Shown piece after piece: positions 1 to 14,254 of a stretch of 64,000 nt of DNA. Each line of letters begins with the position of its first letter. The stretch's first letter is position 1. A model generated the notes under the pieces. That model saw only the letters and a list, made by a program, of their open reading frames with translations, was not told where the DNA came from and did not search any database. The translations under genes were made by a program, and so were the position numbers. Location: positions 4,588,001 through 4,652,000 of the forward strand of contig CM059430.1 in NCBI GenBank assembly GCA_030390025.1, read 5' to 3'. Source of the stretch: Squalus acanthias (taxonomy: Eukaryota).

Positions 1-1476
1 TCAACCAAGTTCTGAAATCGAAGTTTAGTTAGTTTTACACAGTTTCTTGTTTGTGACATAAAGCAAGTTCAGTGATGAGTAGTAAATAATTTTGCACTCG
101 GGTTCCAGAGGCAAATCTCCATCAGATTGCCAACAATCAGGTTCAAAACACACACACAGCGCACTGTTTTAGTAGGAAGAACAAACTTGCCTTTATATAG
201 CGATTTGCATCTTAAGGATTTTTTAAAAAATGTTTTAATTCAATTTTAATACTGTTGGGTTAACATCACACCAGTCTTCATAACCCTCCAATTTAAGGTT
301 TAGTGACTGATGCAACAGTGCTCTTACTACATATGTCCCTTTACAACACTTTCAACCTCAGGCATTATGAAATGTTCTTCAATCACTTCTGTAATCCTCA
401 GGTCAGCAGAGTAGAACCCACAACTACAGTTGTTACTTATGTATGAAACGTAAAATGGAGTGATCAGGTAGCTACAAAATGTAATCAGATGAGTTTCGCG
501 TTTACAAAGAAAAAGTGTTAAAAATAATGTTTTAGCTGCACAGCCCTTTATGTCGGACCTGTGGAAAGAGTTAAAAGAGGCCTCGCTTTCCTTTCTTTTC
601 ACGGCTTCCACCAGAATAAAGCCTCATGGCTGAAATATCATGTACAACCATTTTCTTTTTCAGCACTTCCCCCTAGAAGCATCTTTTATTGCTCAAGAGT
701 TGAAGTGAAAGGCTTATATTCAGTCACTTAGCTTTGTGGAAAAAAATGTCAATGTTTTTTTTGTTGGAAGTACAGAACACTCCTCTTGTGTACAAATAGC
801 ACAGATTCCCAACAAAGGAAGGGGCACATTGCTCCTTTACTGTCGATAATTCTACCTTTGGTACTGTTCAGTGAATTGAGAGCTGAGATTTTGAACTTGG
901 TGATGCTGGAACTTCCTCAGCTACCGCTTCTCAGCACCATCATTTCAATGACATTTGTTGCAGCATCTCAGCCTGTGGAAACTGTGGCTGGAACACCTGC
1001 TGCGACACTAGGGAAATCTCACTATTTCACTAAACTATATCTGAAGGAATAGAAAAATAGATTTGGAGTTTAAAATCTCACAACTAGTATTATATATTAA
1101 TAAAGGAGCTGATTCTCTCTCACACACACAAATGAGTTAGAAATACAGTTACTTATAATTTGAATATACGTAAAATCCATCAATAAGCTTTTTTTTTGAA
1201 AAAAACCCATCAGAACCCCCTTAAGTCACATTTACAAAGAATTATAATTGTTTCTCATGCTTTGATTTTGTTCTGTCCATCTTGGTTGATTTTTTTTACT
1301 TAGAGAGCAAGTTCTAATTACAACATGGGAGGGGGTGTTTTTTGGCTTCAAAGGACAATTGAGCCCAATAAACAATGTGATGGAGATGCTTAACACACAG
1401 TTGATGCTGAAACAATGCTAAGTTTATGACCAGTTCTAGTAATATCATTTCAGCTCCCTCACACAGTCAGACTCAA

Positions 1477-1533
1477 TAGCCCAGATTTTCTGAACCGTGT
1501 TGTTATAATCTGACGATGGGAAAATCTAGGCTA
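1477..1533. mobile_element. Minimal TIR-only element (57 bp), Harbinger-MITE-like ends
   Basis: TAGCCCAGATTTTC (1477-1490) and GAAAATCTAGGCTA (1520-1533) are inverted repeats (13/14) and resemble the GGC..GATTTT termini of the larger MITEs in this window. Confidence 0.4.
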
Positions 1534-4500
1534 GTAACCCCTTCAAACCAATAACCCTGATGGTGTCATCGGCACTTCACTATTTAAACAAAACATACAA
1601 AAAACAAAAATTGACAGAGCAAGATAAAAGAACATTGCAATTTCTCATTAGTATCACTTTTCTAATAGGAGACTTCATGCCTCTATTTCGAGTCTAATTA
1701 TTGTACATCTCTTGTGTCCAATACTTTACATGGAATTCCCTGTTATATGTAATAAAGTTAAGTAAGATGAGGGTAATTAGCACATAATGTCTGTCTATAA
1801 ACATCTTAAGTTTCAACTAAAGTAAAAATCAGTTCAGGATCGTAGCTAAATGTGGCCACATTTTTTAAACAAAAATTATACAACAAGAATTGTGGGCTAT
1901 CCCTGATCAGACTTTCAATTCCTTTAACAGAACCCAGTTCATTTTATAACCGGGTTTAATTTCTATATCAAGATCCTTTTAGGGTAAAAGGAATGGATTG
2001 GCGAGAATTTAAAAATGTAGAATTTCATCAATAAAAGAGCTGAATTCTTGACTAATTGTGATTTTCAAAATTTGTCTGTGCAATACCCGCTCTCCATTCA
2101 GTAAAATAAATTGTGGGTCATATGATAATCTCCACCAATTCTACCTGAAGATTGTGTCATCCTCAAAACAAATAGTTTCCAAAGAAGGTCCATCCAGCAC
2201 TCACCCCCTGAAGGACTATCATCAGTACCTCAATTAATAGCCAAACTGTTACAACTAATTATTAACTTTAACACACTTTTCCCTCCTATTTGTCATTTTT
2301 GAATATTTGGAGTTTTTTTTTAAAACAGAACTGGCATGTGGGGGTGAAGTTCCTCCATAATTAATGATCTTCTAATGAAATCCAAGGAACATGCAGGCTT
2401 CAAAATATGCAATTTCTGTGAACGCTATTTCAATAATTACAGAAGAAAAACAAGCTGTCTCTGTGCGTTTCTTTAAAAGGAGGCATTTCACTCTCAGAGT
2501 CAGGGCGATTTGGTGGAGAAATTACTGAGCCCAGAACTAGGAAGGAGCTGACTAACATCTGTACATCCAGTTTTTAAACCAAGGATGTTTCAAATGCATA
2601 TATCAATTCAGCTCAGAGATTCCTTTAAAGTCAGGATCCTCATTGATGTCATCAGCATTCACTGTTGCAACAAATTAAAAAAAAATCAAAAGAAATACAA
2701 TGAAACAAGAAAATTGTAAAAGTTATTGGCTTTTTTTAAGAAAAGTGTCACTAATGTGCAAACTACCTTTTAAAACAGGACTCAGCTGCTGATACGTACG
2801 GTTAGATAGGAGTTTTTCCAGTTTCCGAGGACTTGCATTCAAAAGAATCTCAGTTTGACTGTATGTTTGTAATTTTTACTATTTTGTCAAAAACATTGGT
2901 GAATTGATAAAATATGCAGAGTCAATTATTAATATGAGGACTATAATTGATTCACAGAACACTGGGAAATGTCATCCATATTTCCTTCAGTCAGAATGAT
3001 CCAGGATTTTTTTTCTATTGCTAAGCTGCACTCCAACTTCAATTTAAAAAATCCGCTAAAACATGCTTCACTTATTGACAATGTCCTTGCAGTTCAGGCT
3101 GGAATATTACTTTAGTATAATCATTATTAATAAGTACAAATCCATCCCTTCTAGAGAGTCTTAATACCAAGTAAATTGCTTTGTGCCTCTTACAACTATT
3201 CAGCTAAGAGTATTGCTAAATATTTCTAATTAATTTGTGTCGAACATATAATGTAATACACTTACCAAATACTGCATAATTAATACTCAAGAAAGTCTAA
3301 ACTTGGTGTTCCCATTGTGCTTTTGGTACTTTTTAAAACTCAATTTCAATATCATTTTTCAGGAATAATGCTGAAATCAGCTATTCTAGACTCAGCAATC
3401 ATTTGAAATGGTAGAATTTCCAATCATTTCACCAACTGTTATTCTATACTACCCCAGCCTATCAAGGTCACTGCAAGATTCACCTATAGTCTGCACTGAA
3501 TGAATTCAACCTAGCCACAGTTCATGTATAATTTAAGCTCATCTTCTTTAGTATTACAATGCATTTGAAAAAATACTTTATTACACCAATATATTGGCAC
3601 AAACCAGCATGCATTATGCATCACATACTATGATTTTTGATTAAATATCACAAATAAAAAAGAATCTTTTAGGCCATTGTATTCCTTTTAAAATGGCATA
3701 AAATTCACCTCTTCAAATCAGGATTAAACATCCTGCTGTTTTAAGTTCTTCAAATCTATGGGACCAAATAGAAGCGCTGATAGATTTGTCTTGCATCATT
3801 TGTAATGTTTTTGTGATATAAGCTGTGCATTGACTGCAGCCCTTTTTTTTGTTGAATCAAACCATACCTTTTCTCTTTGAAAATTGACAAAATTCCCAAA
3901 TAGATTTCTGTAGCATGGCCTTTTGGTAATAAATATTAATTATTAAAATATCTCCCCTTTCATTCTATACACCTGATTTTTAAATCATTTAATGTATTTT
4001 GAGTAACTGCATTTCCACTAGAAAATCGCAAGTATGTTGGCAAAATGAATCTTTAACCAAAATCGATTTGTTCCCTACTCGTTAATTTTTCGACAAGACT
4101 TTTACATTTACTAAATAAAATTGTCAGGAAATGATGAGTGACAGTTATTTTGTATTGGTTACTTATGGTATAAACCATTACTTATTTCGTTCATTTATAT
4201 TCAGTGTTTAAAATTTCCACTGATAATGGATTGTGCAATTCTTTGTTATCAAAAGGACATGATATTTAAATTATTAAAAAGGAATAATTTTATTTTAAGC
4301 AAACATTAAACAAAATCAAGATTAATTTCAACACTACTAGCCAGTAGCCATATAATTATTTCAGGAACGTTCGATGGTTGAAAGATGATAAAATGGCAAA
4401 GTGAAAATACAAATTTGTACTTATGTTAAAATTCTACTTTCAGATCCTTCATTTCAGATCCATGAAAAAGCAGATTTTAAATAAGGGAAATAGCCAAAAA

Positions 4501-6102
4501 ATAACATGGCAATAGTAACAATTCTATAATTGTACATTAAAAAATAATTTAATGCCAGGCAAAGTATAAATTGACTTTTATGTGAAAAGTACCTGATTCT
4601 ATTTACCAGATGCCATTAATAATACAGGATAACATAAATTTAAATTGCCATCTAACAGCAAGGTATATGTACCCACCAAAACAAAGGGGCACAATGTCAA
4701 AACTTCCTGGATATAATGAATTCAGAGATAAAATTACATTTTCTAAAATGATGTAAATTTCCTTTTCATCAGCTAGATTGAATTATTTATTCCCAAAGTA
4801 TATTCATGGTTGTACTATCGGAATGTAGTACATCTGAAGTTGAAGCACCTTAAATGTCTTTACCTTAAATCTATGATTATTGCCCTGCTTTGTTAATGGT
4901 GCCAGAAAATAATTTTGCTTTCAGCAATGAAAGAAAAATGAAGTAACTCTTGTTTGGGTGAGCACCATGACAATGACAGTGAAATATCTGTAAGTTATAG
5001 CCCTACAGACAAACAAATATATTTCACTAGTGAACATCGATATATTGCACCCAGATTGCAGAAAGGAAAATTATGCTGTGGTTGGTTGTCCAGCAGCATG
5101 TAAGCCAGTAATGTGCTTTACTTGAGAAGCCATTTTGCAAAGCGAGCAGTGTCACCGAAGCACACTGGCTTTTGAGAAGACAAGATGCAAGTGCCAGAAT
5201 TCATCTACAAGAAGTACTGTGCACATCCTTGAGGTCTATTGCAGTCATTTATTTTACTGCGGGGGCATTGCTGCTCAGGTTATGTTCATGCTATCAGTAT
5301 CCAAGTATGCTTTAGGGTTAAACAAACTTTTCAGTTGTTACTTTTTGCTCAGCAGGTTTCAAATGATCTGCTCAAAATCTAGCTCATTTTCTTTCCTTAA
5401 AATTAGCTCTCACTGCTAATAAAATCTGTGGGACAAAGAAGAACTGCAAACACAGCATTTCATTGAATTAATGTAAAGATTCATGTCATACACTGCAATG
5501 ATATCTTCACGGAGCTTCACATTGCAATTTCTGGGGAAAAAAACACATTGATTCCTGAAAGGAACAACAGTCGAATAGTGTGAATTTCTCTCTTCTACCT
5601 ACTTTTCTTAACCATTATAATTTAAATGTCTCCATATTTAGATAATAAATATATCACTTTTAATATAATCTTTTAGCAATCGCAATATTTGGGGTGAGTT
5701 TTAAAAGACTGTTATCTCTTTCAGGCAACATTAAAAAAAAATCAGTCTTGTTTTAGAAGATTGGATGTTTTTGAGCATTTAGGAAATTGTTACATTTCTT
5801 GTGGTAGCTTAACTGAGATTTAGATTTTTTATTAAAACCCCACCGCCAAGGTATTTTTATTCAGCTATACTCATCAACAACAAAAGCCTTCCTTTGTAGA
5901 TTTCTTAAATGAACTGTAGCACATTTTCTTGGGCATTTTTTGTCTTCCTGTTGTCGTTCCTAATTCTTTTCTTTATAAAAATGAGGAACGTTAGGAAAGA
6001 TACAGAAATGCGAAGATAAATTTATCCCCCCCCCCCCGCCGTATCACTTTTGCTAACCTGATGATTTCATTCAATAAACACTCACTTTAGACCCCAAACG
6101 AA

Positions 6103-6139
6103 AGAGAGAGAGAGAGAGAGACAGGGAGAGAGAGAGAGA
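6103..6139. repeat. (GA)n microsatellite
   Basis: Direct reading of the sequence. Confidence 0.9.
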
Positions 6140-9100
6140 ACATCCTGGCCGCATCTGTTCCAGGAGATTTGAGAAATATGGCAGGATTTTTAGCTCTGAG
6201 AATCACATTTTCTGCTGATGGTATATGTGGTGTAATCTGTATACACAATTTAATCCATCAAAGAATCACCAGCACCATATCAATCAAGCTTTCATCAACT
6301 TGTAAAAACAATATTTTGATTCAATCAGGCTCAAGACCAGCTGTTAAATATTTGGCACCCCATCATAATGCATGAGACACAAATTAATCCGGTGTCACTG
6401 AGCTGCTCTATGGAGGCTACTGCAACAGTCAAATATTTACATGCCATCCCACATGTCCCACAAAAGAGGTCGGGGAAACAATGGCAAACAAATTAATATT
6501 TCAGCATTCAGCAGATTTCTTATTTTGGTGTGACAGAGCATATCATTTTCTGGGATGTTTGAATTTTATAGGGAGAGACAGCAGGAGTGGGTTATTGCTA
6601 AGTGAGAATTTCCTGGTCAATTTTCATTGGCACTTCTAGCTACACATTCTTTCTTCAGAGTTCAACATAAAAAAGGTGATTCATGAGAAAAATATACACT
6701 TTTGATTGCATTATTTCCATCATTTAATGGAGCAGAATTTTAAATGCAGTAAAAATCTATTGTCATATAGAAAGGAGCATAAAATTTTATAAGAACTACG
6801 TGTGTTAATGCAGTATTTGCCTTTTGAAATATACCTTTTAAATTTACCAATTTAATGCTAGTTTTCTGTACAATAATAATTTGGCATAAAATGAAAATTC
6901 AATGACTTTATTCTTCCAGTGAATATGATCATTTCCTAATATGTCCCACTAAAACATATACAAGAAATGTTTATTTTACTAACAGAGAATGCAATGCAAT
7001 TTTCTCCAAAGGGGTGTCTGATATATTAATTTTCTGACTGGGGATTATTGCATTTTTCTGTACAAAACTGTAAAAGATGACAGCTAATACTTTGTAAAAA
7101 AAACACAATTTTCCCAGTTTGGTGGGGAGCAACAACGACTTAAATATTTAAACCACATTACAACTATGCACACATCACCTTTCTTCTTGTTTAAAAAAAG
7201 TATGCTCCCGTAGAATTTGTAGTGAACCAATACTTAAAGCCTGCACCTTTATAAAACAACATCAGATGAGCAAATAGCAAAATGAAGATTGAAGCAAAAT
7301 TATTTAGACTTTCATTAATGTATAACATTTTTTTTTTTTAAGAGCCCAGTTTAGAAATGTTTAATTTATTGCAATTCCTACATCACTTTCAGTGGGGAGA
7401 CGATGCATTTTTTTTAGGAACAGCAGTTGATCCTGGAAATGTTTAACTATATAGATGTGTATAGGTTTGAGTGTTCGCACAAGCACACTGTTTGTGTAAG
7501 GAGTGTAAGTTTTTGCAGTGTCATTTCACCTGACTGTTCTCACAAGGTAAGACCAAGTCATCAAAAATATATTACAAGACAGAGTTCACAACAAATAAAA
7601 GCACATTCGTACTTCATTAAACTGTTAAAAAATTATGCTCAAACCAGTTACCAATACTGAAAATTATTAAAGAAACCATCACATTTCTATATATTACTTT
7701 CACTATTATAGTTTTTAAACCACACTTTTCTTAAGTATTTTTGTGATGTAATGCAGCTTAATGTAACAACATTAATTTATATTCATTTTAGAAGTCTGTG
7801 GTACAGTATGATATCTTTATTTCAATGGTGTAATTTGAATTTCAAGGTTTCTTTTGTATATTTTAAATCATACACCTGCATGGAAAAGATAAGTTCTAAA
7901 AAGTAAAATAGGAATTCAAAAAAATTCTAATGCCTTCAAGAACAAACTGTTTGTGAATACAGAAATCCAACATTAACCTAACACATAGCCTATCAAGATC
8001 TATGAAAGGGGTACATCTATTAGTCTTCACACTTTGTTGCTATTCATATTTTTAACTGAAACATGTATGAAGCAGTCTTAATTCAATTAGAGAAAAAAAA
8101 CAACCAATATAACTCACCTATTCTTTAAAACTCAATTGTAAAGAACATGGTACAGTACTTGGATTTCATACAATACACTTCAGAAATTTGCCATTTCTTT
8201 GGTGACCATCTGTCATTTATTCATTTTTTTTTTAGAAACAGCATCCAGACACATTTCTATCCTTCATGACATTTCAGAAATTTCAATGTTGAAAACTCTT
8301 CCAAAATATTTGAAATTTTACAATTCTTTTCAAATATTTTGACAGCTCTTTCTTTTATATTCCTCTTCTCTTAATTTGGAAGATTTTTTTCACCCATGTT
8401 ATCAAGTGACATTAGAAATTACGGATATGTTTCATGGAACTGACCTTTCATTGCCGGTAAGGGCATTACTGCGGTTTGCTGTCTCCTAGGTTGTCATGTA
8501 TTTACCTCATGTACTACTGGATAGTTTGAACAATGTGGAAGACATAATATATATATTCACCGATCTTATTGTCTTGAATTATCAACTTTGTGTCTCATAT
8601 GTCACATAATTTATAATTCATACATGCAAAGTGCATTCAGATAATGTGATACTACAGTCACTTGAATCAAAAAACTTTGCTGTAGACAGAGTTGTCTGAT
8701 TGCATGCTGCTAAACATAGCAAAACCTTCAACAAGGGAATAAATATGTATCCCTACAAAAAAGTTTCATCACTTAAAGATCCATTTATCCTGTTCTTTTT
8801 GCTTTTTAACAAGATGGAGAATCAAATTAAATAGTCAAGGTTTATTAAAATGTTTAAACATTAAACAACAAAGTTTATAATAATGCATGAATCTACATTT
8901 TCAGAAACAAATTCAATTATTTAAAGGAAATATTTAGACAGTGTATAGCTAAAAGGTTAGGGATTTTCATGTTGAAAGATTGTTCAACCTCCCTGTCATT
9001 TCTATAAATTCAACCAACAATTCAGCACAGAGTTCCTAAACTGGTGAAAACTAGAATACATACACTGTGCATTTTACAATATTGCAATCCTGACTTTTGA

Positions 9101-11109
9101 TGGGTTTCTGCATTATCTTGATCATATTTGGTATGATTCAAAATATATAGAACCACATGAAATATATACATGGTTTTAGTCAGATCTCTTAGCTAATTAG
9201 AAATCAAAGCGGCAACTGTATTTAAAAAGTACAGTAAAAGAATGCTTTGTACATCAGAAATGATTGTCAGACACTTCAGAATGAATAAGGTAAGTGGTAG
9301 GCCTGCACTAGCACTGTAATGGTGAATTTAAGATTCTTAATGATTTACAACATCTGCAACAAAAAATATGAAATTGAAAATAGGGGGAGAAAGAAGGCAA
9401 CATTTAATGAAAAATAGATAAATGTTAGCTTAAGAAAGGAATTGCCCTATTCTTACTGTGGTCAAACTGATTTATTTTTATACAAAATCCATCTTGTAAA
9501 AAAAATACATGGAGAAGGTTTTCAGGATGTGCAAGAGATTTAACCTCAAAACATTTGACTCATTTTACACACTCTGATAATGTACATTAATTTTTGACAA
9601 TACATGACCAAACATTCATCCTGGGTATGCATGGTCACACACTTTCGCTTTTGCTGATATCGCCTCGGGCTACAATGCACATTCATTTGCGCAGAGAATC
9701 CTGCGCTGTCATCCCAGTAAAATGGAGATAAACAAAATTAAAGCCGCAAGAATATACAGGCTTCGAGATAAACAATTGTTCAATATTTTGCATTATAATT
9801 TTCGCGTCAATTTATGACATCAAAGAGCAGAACAGTGCTCATTAAAAAAAAAAGGTGTTTGTTCATCACTTCCCAAGACACTTTTAGATAGGTTTTCTTT
9901 CTATAGTATAGATGAGAAAATTAAATCATAAGAAAATGTATTGATTTTTCATTTCAGAATCACTTTCTAAATCTCTTTGATGTATAATTCTATGTCCACA
10001 GTGGTCATGTCTTGAGCAGCGCTGTCTCGCATCCATTATTATTGTAACTCTGATGGGGGTGATGCTTATTTACATTTCAATAGGTGACTTGACCAGGAAC
10101 TGTTGATGGGCGTCTGCATTAGGCTGCCACAATGCTGTACCCCAACAGCGACACATTATTATACTGCGGAAACACTAAGGCTGGTACACACAACAGTGCT
10201 TTATCAAAAACAGTAGGCATTCTAGGTTGGCTGCGATTAAATCTGGACCTAAACCCTAAAGAGAACATTTAGGCAATTATGAGGAACAAAACAAAGCAAT
10301 GCCAAACACAACCCGTCAAAGAACCAGAACAGGAAACAATACAGTGTAGAATCCATTTTAATGTCTCCTGGAGAGATGGGCGACTGCTAAACTAAACTAT
10401 ATTGTGGTGAAAAAATTTACATACAGAATAATCAGTAGGGGTTCAATGATTATGAAAATGTAAGATCAATTTATCACAAGCTCTCCAAAATCACATCGCC
10501 ACTGCGACAAGAGCCACCACTCGGCATCATAACAAAAGAATGACATTTGCTGCTACGGACACAATTTGAGGTCATCACAAATCTTGACAACCAGACAATT
10601 CTCCTGCCACAAATGAAGTGGTGAAAAAAAGGCTCGGAGTTTGTACACAGGCATCTGCAAATTTTGTACAAGTCAAAATATTTCAATTCTGCACACTTAT
10701 TCTGAAGACAGTTTTCCATCTCTTCTGTGTCTGCTGGGTTTAACAACAGCATCTGTAATTTTACCCAGTAGAATAATACTAAGAGTTAATTTCTGGGACC
10801 AGAGCTTGTTTTTACAGTCATTTCCAAAACACTGCTGCTAAAATTATGGGATAAAATATTACTTAAGCTAAAAGATTTCTTAGAGTTAGTGCTTTATTTT
10901 AAGCAGTTCATTCCTGTCCATAATATTTCTTGGTAAATATACTTATGATCTTTTAAAAAAAACTTTCATCTTTATTTTGATCAGCCTAGTCATGAAGTTA
11001 AAGTTGTTTTTTGAAGTAATTACCTCGGAGAAGATCCACAGCAATATTAAAGTCACCTTTTTCATGGATCTGTTTTAACAAATGTTGTACTTTTAAGACT
11101 GAACTTTAA

Positions 11110-11460
11110 AATGTTTTATTGATTTTATTTTTTCGCCCCGATAGTTCTTCACTGCTGCCACACTTCCTCCTTCAGCCTGGACCACCGGACAGCTTTAACC
11201 CAGGACATCTGTAGGTCCATTGTCAATGCAGTTTCATGATCGCCAACGTGAGGTGTGCTTCTGCAGCTTGGGACAGGGCTCCTACCAGATTTAGAATGTT
11301 CTGTAACCACATACTGCTCCATCTGGTGGCCTGGCCAAACACAGGCAAAACTCAACTATTGTGGGGATTGACGTAAAATGACAGTCGAGACTAGCATTTG
11401 AACCTGGGCCTGCTGAATGGGAGATCAAAGCTCTTCCACTCCCAACTACTGACCTGCCTT
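11110..11460 (-). mobile_element. Old tRNA-headed SINE-like element, family unassigned
   Basis: The minus strand has an A-box-like TAGTTGGGAGTGG and a B-box-like GGTTCAAATGC, then a ~250-bp GC-richer body ending in an A-rich tail (AAAAAAATAAAATCAATAAAAC). Confidence 0.55.
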
Positions 11461-12501
11461 CTGCAAATGGAACTTTTAAAGCGAGATATGGGGAATCTCT
11501 TAAGGACTGAATGTGTAACGTGATAACAATAGGCAGGCAGAGACATTTCAAGGTTGTCAACTAAAATTAATAGTATTTCACTGGACAATATTCCTCCATA
11601 AAAGATAGTGTATTCTGAATACTGCACAGTTTGGAAAAGCTGAGGGGAGAACATTTGGAGTAAAATTGCAAAATAAATGCCGAGATGGACACAAAAGTGT
11701 TGGTCTTCAATCTTCAAACAATTTATAAAGTACATTTATATCCTGGGGGCTGGAATACAAAATGAGTATGGAATTCAAATGGTTAATGTCCTTCTTTGTC
11801 TGCTATTGGAAAAAATAAATGGAATACTTAATGCCAATGAATTTAGAATGACCTTAATTTCTGAGCTAGAAGCTTTAGCTTTTTAGAAACTGCACCCAGG
11901 GTCACAAAACCAACACTGGAAATGTTTTATGTTGGTAGCAAGATGTTGTACGTCACTTATCTTTTTATTCTACATTGTGTGTGTTTTTTTTTCCTGCAGC
12001 TTCTTAAGTCTTTTGTATTCTGCTTTAGCAAGGACCCATTTTTGATACCTCACACTGGGCAGTCTTCTATTTATTTTCTTTTGAAAGCTATTGCTTCCAA
12101 ACCCCAAATCGGGGTATGATGCTTTTATAGCAGGCATTATAAGATGCCTGCTGTTTAATAGTAACTGGTCTCCACACTTACAAAAATGTTGAATCTGACT
12201 GTTAGTCCACTTGTAATAAAAAAGCATTTGTAGAAAATGTTTTCTCTCACAATAGTGGGTTAATATTGCTGATGTAATAAAATGGGGACGGAAATTCCTA
12301 ACCATAACACCCAAGCATTTGGAACTGTCCTGCACAAGGGTACAAGATCCTGAAAGACACAGAAACAAACCTGAAACACACAGCACTAGCATAACACAAA
12401 TAACATCCGTTAAATATGAAGGCACACAGAGATACTTGTGGCCTAGCAAAGTAATATAATAATTGGGTGTGTCCAAACTACTTGAGACTCGCGACACTAA
12501 T

Positions 12502-13184
12502 GGGCCAATTTTAACCCTTCCTACCTGGTGGAAACTGAGTGAGCGGGCAGTTAAAATGGCCGGTGTGATTTACCCGTTCTGATCCCATTGCCTTCTTGTG
12601 GGTTGCGATCTTAAGCTGCTCTTCTAAGCAGGCATGAGGGACACCTGCCGGAAGGCAGCGGGGTCCTTCTTTAAATATGCAGATCAGGCTCCAATGATGT
12701 CATCGGGGCTCACCTGCAATTTTAACCTGAGGCCTGCGTGGAGAGGCTGTTGTAGCTTCCCCACCAGGCCAACTTGGTGGCACTAGGAGCCGGGGCCAGA
12801 AGAAGCCCAGAAAGCTAAGTGTATTTTATTTTTTTAATTAAAATTTCCTCGTGGGCCAGGAGGAGTTGGAAACCTTGGACCACCCCATCCCTGAGCTTCC
12901 CTCCCCCTTCCATTGACCACAATGCTCTCCCAACCACTGACCTGAGTGTCGGGGATCATTCCTTCGGGTCCTCGTCAACAGCCTTCTGCCACCCATAATC
13001 CCGCTCCCAACCGCCAGCCAGCTATCACTCCTCGCCAGGCTTGAGGTGGGAGACTGATGGGGCTGAAGCAGATCAGGCCCGAGAGTTAAAATCTCCCGGA
13101 CCACATGCTACAGAGAACTAAATGGTTTGACATCCCCTCGGCTCCCACCCACATGACTCCAGTACGGGAGTTAAAATCAAGGCT
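12502..13184. mobile_element. Non-autonomous TIR DNA element (Harbinger-like MITE), degenerate
   Basis: Starts GGGCCAATTTTAACCC and ends with the degenerate inverse GGAGTTAAAATCAAGGC. GC-rich, and shares an internal motif (AATATGCAGATC..G.TCC.ATG) with the 36839-37215 copy. Confidence 0.6.
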
Positions 13185-13191
13185 TATATGT

Positions 13192-14108
13192 TGTTAGAAA
13201 CTAAAGATGCCTAAAAATGTATTTGGTTATGCGATTAAAACTGTGACGCAAAAAATGCTGTGTTTAAATGGTTATGTTCAAATTGCAGACGGAAAGTCTC
13301 CTTGGGACAGATAAATGCTTAGAAGTGCTAATGTTTTAGTTTCCTATGGAGGGCAATCTCCCTGTTGCTAAGCGATTATCTGTTGTTTTTAAGTTAAGGC
13401 TTGAACCTTGTTTATGTATTTTATGTATAATGCTAAGGTAGGATTTGAAGTTAGTTTAACAGAACTGCTTGTGAAGCTAACGGAAGGAAGTTTGGGGAAG
13501 TTAACGTAAACATTTGCTACGTCATAAAGGAGGTAACACTCTGAAGCGAACAGGTTTCTAGTTGGGCCTCTTGAGATCAAAGAAGGATACGGACGAAGAG
13601 AGAAGACATGAATTCCACAGGAAGGAAACCCTGGGAAAATATAAACAGAGAAAGACATGTGGCCAAAATCGTAAGACATCTTTAGGGTGGGTTTTGACAC
13701 AAGAATCGAGACAAAGAACTAGAAGTCCCATTGGATATTAAGGTTTATGGGGAACTTCTATAGGTCAAAAGGTCTTGTCAATATCCAGGTTCAGGCCCAC
13801 CCCTAAAAGTAGAATAAAAGTGACCTCCCAAAAGCTTATACTCTCAGACGGAAGAGAAAGAGAGAGAGAGAGAGAGAGCTTGTACTCACAGATGAAAGGA
13901 GGAAGAGAATTGCTCACGTGTGTCAACCGTCTGTCTGATCGGATTGGTATCAGCTTCTTGTCACAGTCGTATGTTTTTGCTGTATAACTAATGTGTTATA
14001 TTCCTTCTTAAACTCTGATTAAACACAATATACCCTCCATATTGGTTTGCACTCGAAACTGATTATTTAAAGTGACCAGAGATAGCCGTAACTTGGCTAT
14101 TTCTAACA
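13192..14108 (+). mobile_element. Solo LTR (ERV or Gypsy-type), 917 bp
   Basis: Perfect terminal inverted repeats TGTTAGAAA...TTTCTAACA (TG...CA), 4-bp TSD ATGT (13188-13191 and 14109-14112), ATTAAA poly(A)-like signal near 14018, homologous to 25502-26778. Confidence 0.9.
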
Positions 14109-14254
14109 ATGTCGGACTCCAGTACCTGTCACTGTTGGGGCCAGCCCATCTCATGTGTACCTGGTAACATTTTCTTTACATTGAAACAATTGTATTCAGC
14201 TTTTGCAAAACACTTTGCTTGCATGAAAAGAGCCTGTGGTACGTAAGAATTTGA

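Noticed and set aside
11970-12497. 175-aa ORF and other short ORFs in the track
   Set aside because: No domain similarity or splice context. Consistent with random ORFs or antisense frames of TEs
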